From Macrostomum hystrix (lineage: Eukaryota; Animalia; Platyhelminthes), in the NCBI GenBank assembly GCA_950097015.1, contig CATNEN010000038.1:28272001-28336000 (forward strand): DNA of 64,000 nt, written 5' to 3'. This document shows positions 61,656 to 64,000 of the stretch, in pieces. The translations under genes and the position numbers were made by a program. How positions within the stretch are numbered: the stretch's first letter is position 1; every line of letters starts with the position of its first letter. The notes under the pieces were generated by a model. It saw only the letters and a list, made by a program, of their open reading frames with translations. It did not search any database and was not told the origin of the DNA.

Positions 61656-63189
61656 AATCAATTATTTTTTATTTCAATAATTAGTAACTGTACAAGCTAG
61701 GACAGTTAAATGCTAAATTGATAGAAATAGTTTTTATCAAATTTAATATTAAAAAAGGAACTCTTATTACTCGTAAATAAGCTATAAAAACTTGTGTCGC
61801 TGGATGCTCCGCGCAGAGAAAGTACTATATCATGGAGAAGTACCGTCTCAGAAAGGTAAATTAATTGATCATTTATCTTAGTCTAGATTAGTTGTCAGCT
61901 TAATTTTGTCCATATTATTTTGCACCAGATCAATACACAGATACTATATTAACTAGATAGTTCACTTCCATTTACTTATGTTGTTAAATATTTTAGCTAC
62001 TTTCTGTTCGGTAGCAAGTAAAGAATATGGCTTGTATTTTTTGTAAGGATGAACAAATCAAGTGGTTTAAAGATTGAAACAACGAGAACGAGAAAGAGTC
62101 ACATGACCCATACGACTCTGTTATCAGTTCAAGAAAATGTACATTGGTTTGTTCCCTTAGGGCTCACAGTCAGTAAGCCTCACGGAGCAATTAAGTGGGG
62201 TAGAGGAGTGACGGGGGTAGAGTTTGCGTGGAAAGGCGCGGCACGATCGATAGTGAGGAGAGGAAGAAAGGAAAGGGAGTGAGAGGGGCAGACCAAATGG
62301 ACCAATAGGAAGTTAAGAGGGATGGAAAATAAGATCGCACACAGCCAGCGTAGGGGGTGGGGGTTATCGACAGAACATCATCTTAAAGCGAAGTTAAATT
62401 CATACACCAAAACAACGACATGTTAGCAACAGCTTTAGCATGAACTTCAGTTCCAAGCGCTGCTGTGCGGCAACGTGCACTTACACTGCCCTTACACTGC
62501 ACTTACACTGTCAACGGTATTCTTGTATTAAACTCGAACGACTTTTCTTATTTTCAGCCAAAAAATAAAAAGAAATGTTCATATTTCTACTGACTTGAAA
62601 GTAGCTTAATGGAATATTGCTGAGTGACATATCTAGTTAATATTTTTCGTATATATATATAGATAGATAGATAGAAATATAGTTTTGAATTTTAGTATAT
62701 TGGATAACAAGTCTAGTTAATATAGTATCTGTGGATCAATATGACAATAAACACGGCACCTAATTTGTGACTTTTTAAAAAAGAAAATGGTGTTTTTAAT
62801 GGCTGAAATGTGTCTGAATTGAAATCATTCATATTGCAAGTCATGCATGTTAGAAGTTAGTAATTAGCTGTTGTACCTAGTTTTCAACTAAGGCATCGTG
62901 TAGACCCTTTTGTAGTTTTATTGTACCATCATCCACTAAAAATCTGTATATTTATTTTATTGAATCATATACTTGTAAATGTATATACTTGTCAATGGAT
63001 AACCTGTTTAACCTATTTGCCTAACCGAATGTTTCACAAAATACTCGTGTTTACCTTTACCTAGTTTGCATAGCTTTCTATCAAAGTGTGTTAGTTCTTT
63101 AAATATTTCATTTCACAGACGATAAATTTAGTCGATTAATATATGTTTATTTTTTCATCAAGCCATCTTTTATTTAACAGGGTCAAGTG

Positions 63190-63635
63190 TTAGACATGCG
63201 ATCAACTGCTAGACATTGCTGTCATCTGTGAGACATTGCTGTCATCTGTGAGATATTGCTGTCATCTGTTAGATATTGCTGTCAACTGCTAGACATTGCT
63301 GTCATCGGTTAGACATTGCTGTCATCTGTTAGATATTGCTGTCAACTGCTAGACATTGCTGTCATCTGTTAGACATTGCTGTCATCTGTTAGACATTGCG
63401 ATCAACTGCTCGACATTGCTGTCAACTGTTAGACATTGCGATCAACTGCTAGACAATGCTGTCATCTGTAAGACATTGCTGTCAATTGTAAGACATTGCT
63501 GTCATCTGTTAGACATTGCTGTCATCTGTAAGACATTGCTGTCAACTGTTAGACATTGCTGTCATCTGTTAGACATTGCTGTCAACTGTTAGACATTGCT
63601 GTCAACTGTTAGACATTGCTGTCAACTGTTAGACA
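63190..63635. repeat. 20-bp minisatellite
   Basis: Unit AGACATTGCTGTCAWCTGTT. Confidence 0.92.
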
Positions 63636-63745
63636 TTAGTCAAACAACTAATATCAGAACCTTTTCACTCCTAGATAACACACAAGCAGAAAAGCGATAT
63701 TTTCAGACTTTCAAACGAACACCAATGCTGTTTATTACTGTTCAG

Positions 63746-63863
63746 AAGGCTGCTCCACCATCGAAGGGTTCAGCTGACGAGGCCGCTGCAGATGATGGGG
63801 TTGAACCGGCAGCATTGGCTCAACAGACAACCTCGCTGAGTCGTAAGCGAAGGAAGCATCAAG
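63746..63863 (+). CDS. Cav3: Cav3 probable exon (start of II-III linker); gene continues beyond the window
   Basis: ttcAG(AAG) acceptor phase 0, GC-rich open frame, G|GTGAGC donor. Confidence 0.65.
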
Positions 63864-64000
63864 GTGAGCAATTGATAAGCTTTATTATAAGCTTAAAAGG
63901 CAGAAAAGTGTCATTTTCGAGGTACATAAAAATCATGATATAAAAAAGTAAGGATTCAGTTAGTCGAGTCGCCACGTGACCAACACCATTCAGTTTTACT

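Overview
Eukaryotic (invertebrate animal) genomic DNA; there are no prokaryotic operons or CRISPR arrays. The minisatellite-stuffed introns and poly-Q/Ala exons resemble a free-living flatworm such as Macrostomum (inference only). In order, the window holds: (1) the 5' half of a LOA/R1-group non-LTR retrotransposon on the minus strand, with a structured 5' UTR, ORF1 and the APE part of ORF2; (2) a 4-exon orphan Cys-rich gene with P-element/THAP-like traces; (3) a 2-exon tyramine/octopamine-type GPCR whose intron carries a degenerate Penelope-like (Neptune-type) element with a minimal hammerhead ribozyme; (4) a 4-exon orphan type-I membrane protein gene on the minus strand, head-to-head with (5) the 5' half (repeats I-II, 13 predicted exons) of a T-type Cav3 calcium channel gene that has a U12 AT-AC intron, two GC-AG introns and a penta-cysteine domain-II turret. 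Two tRNA-derived SINE families and about 25 mini/microsatellite arrays, most directly abutting exons, fill the introns. Exon models were spliced by hand and are frame-consistent; no database searches were run.
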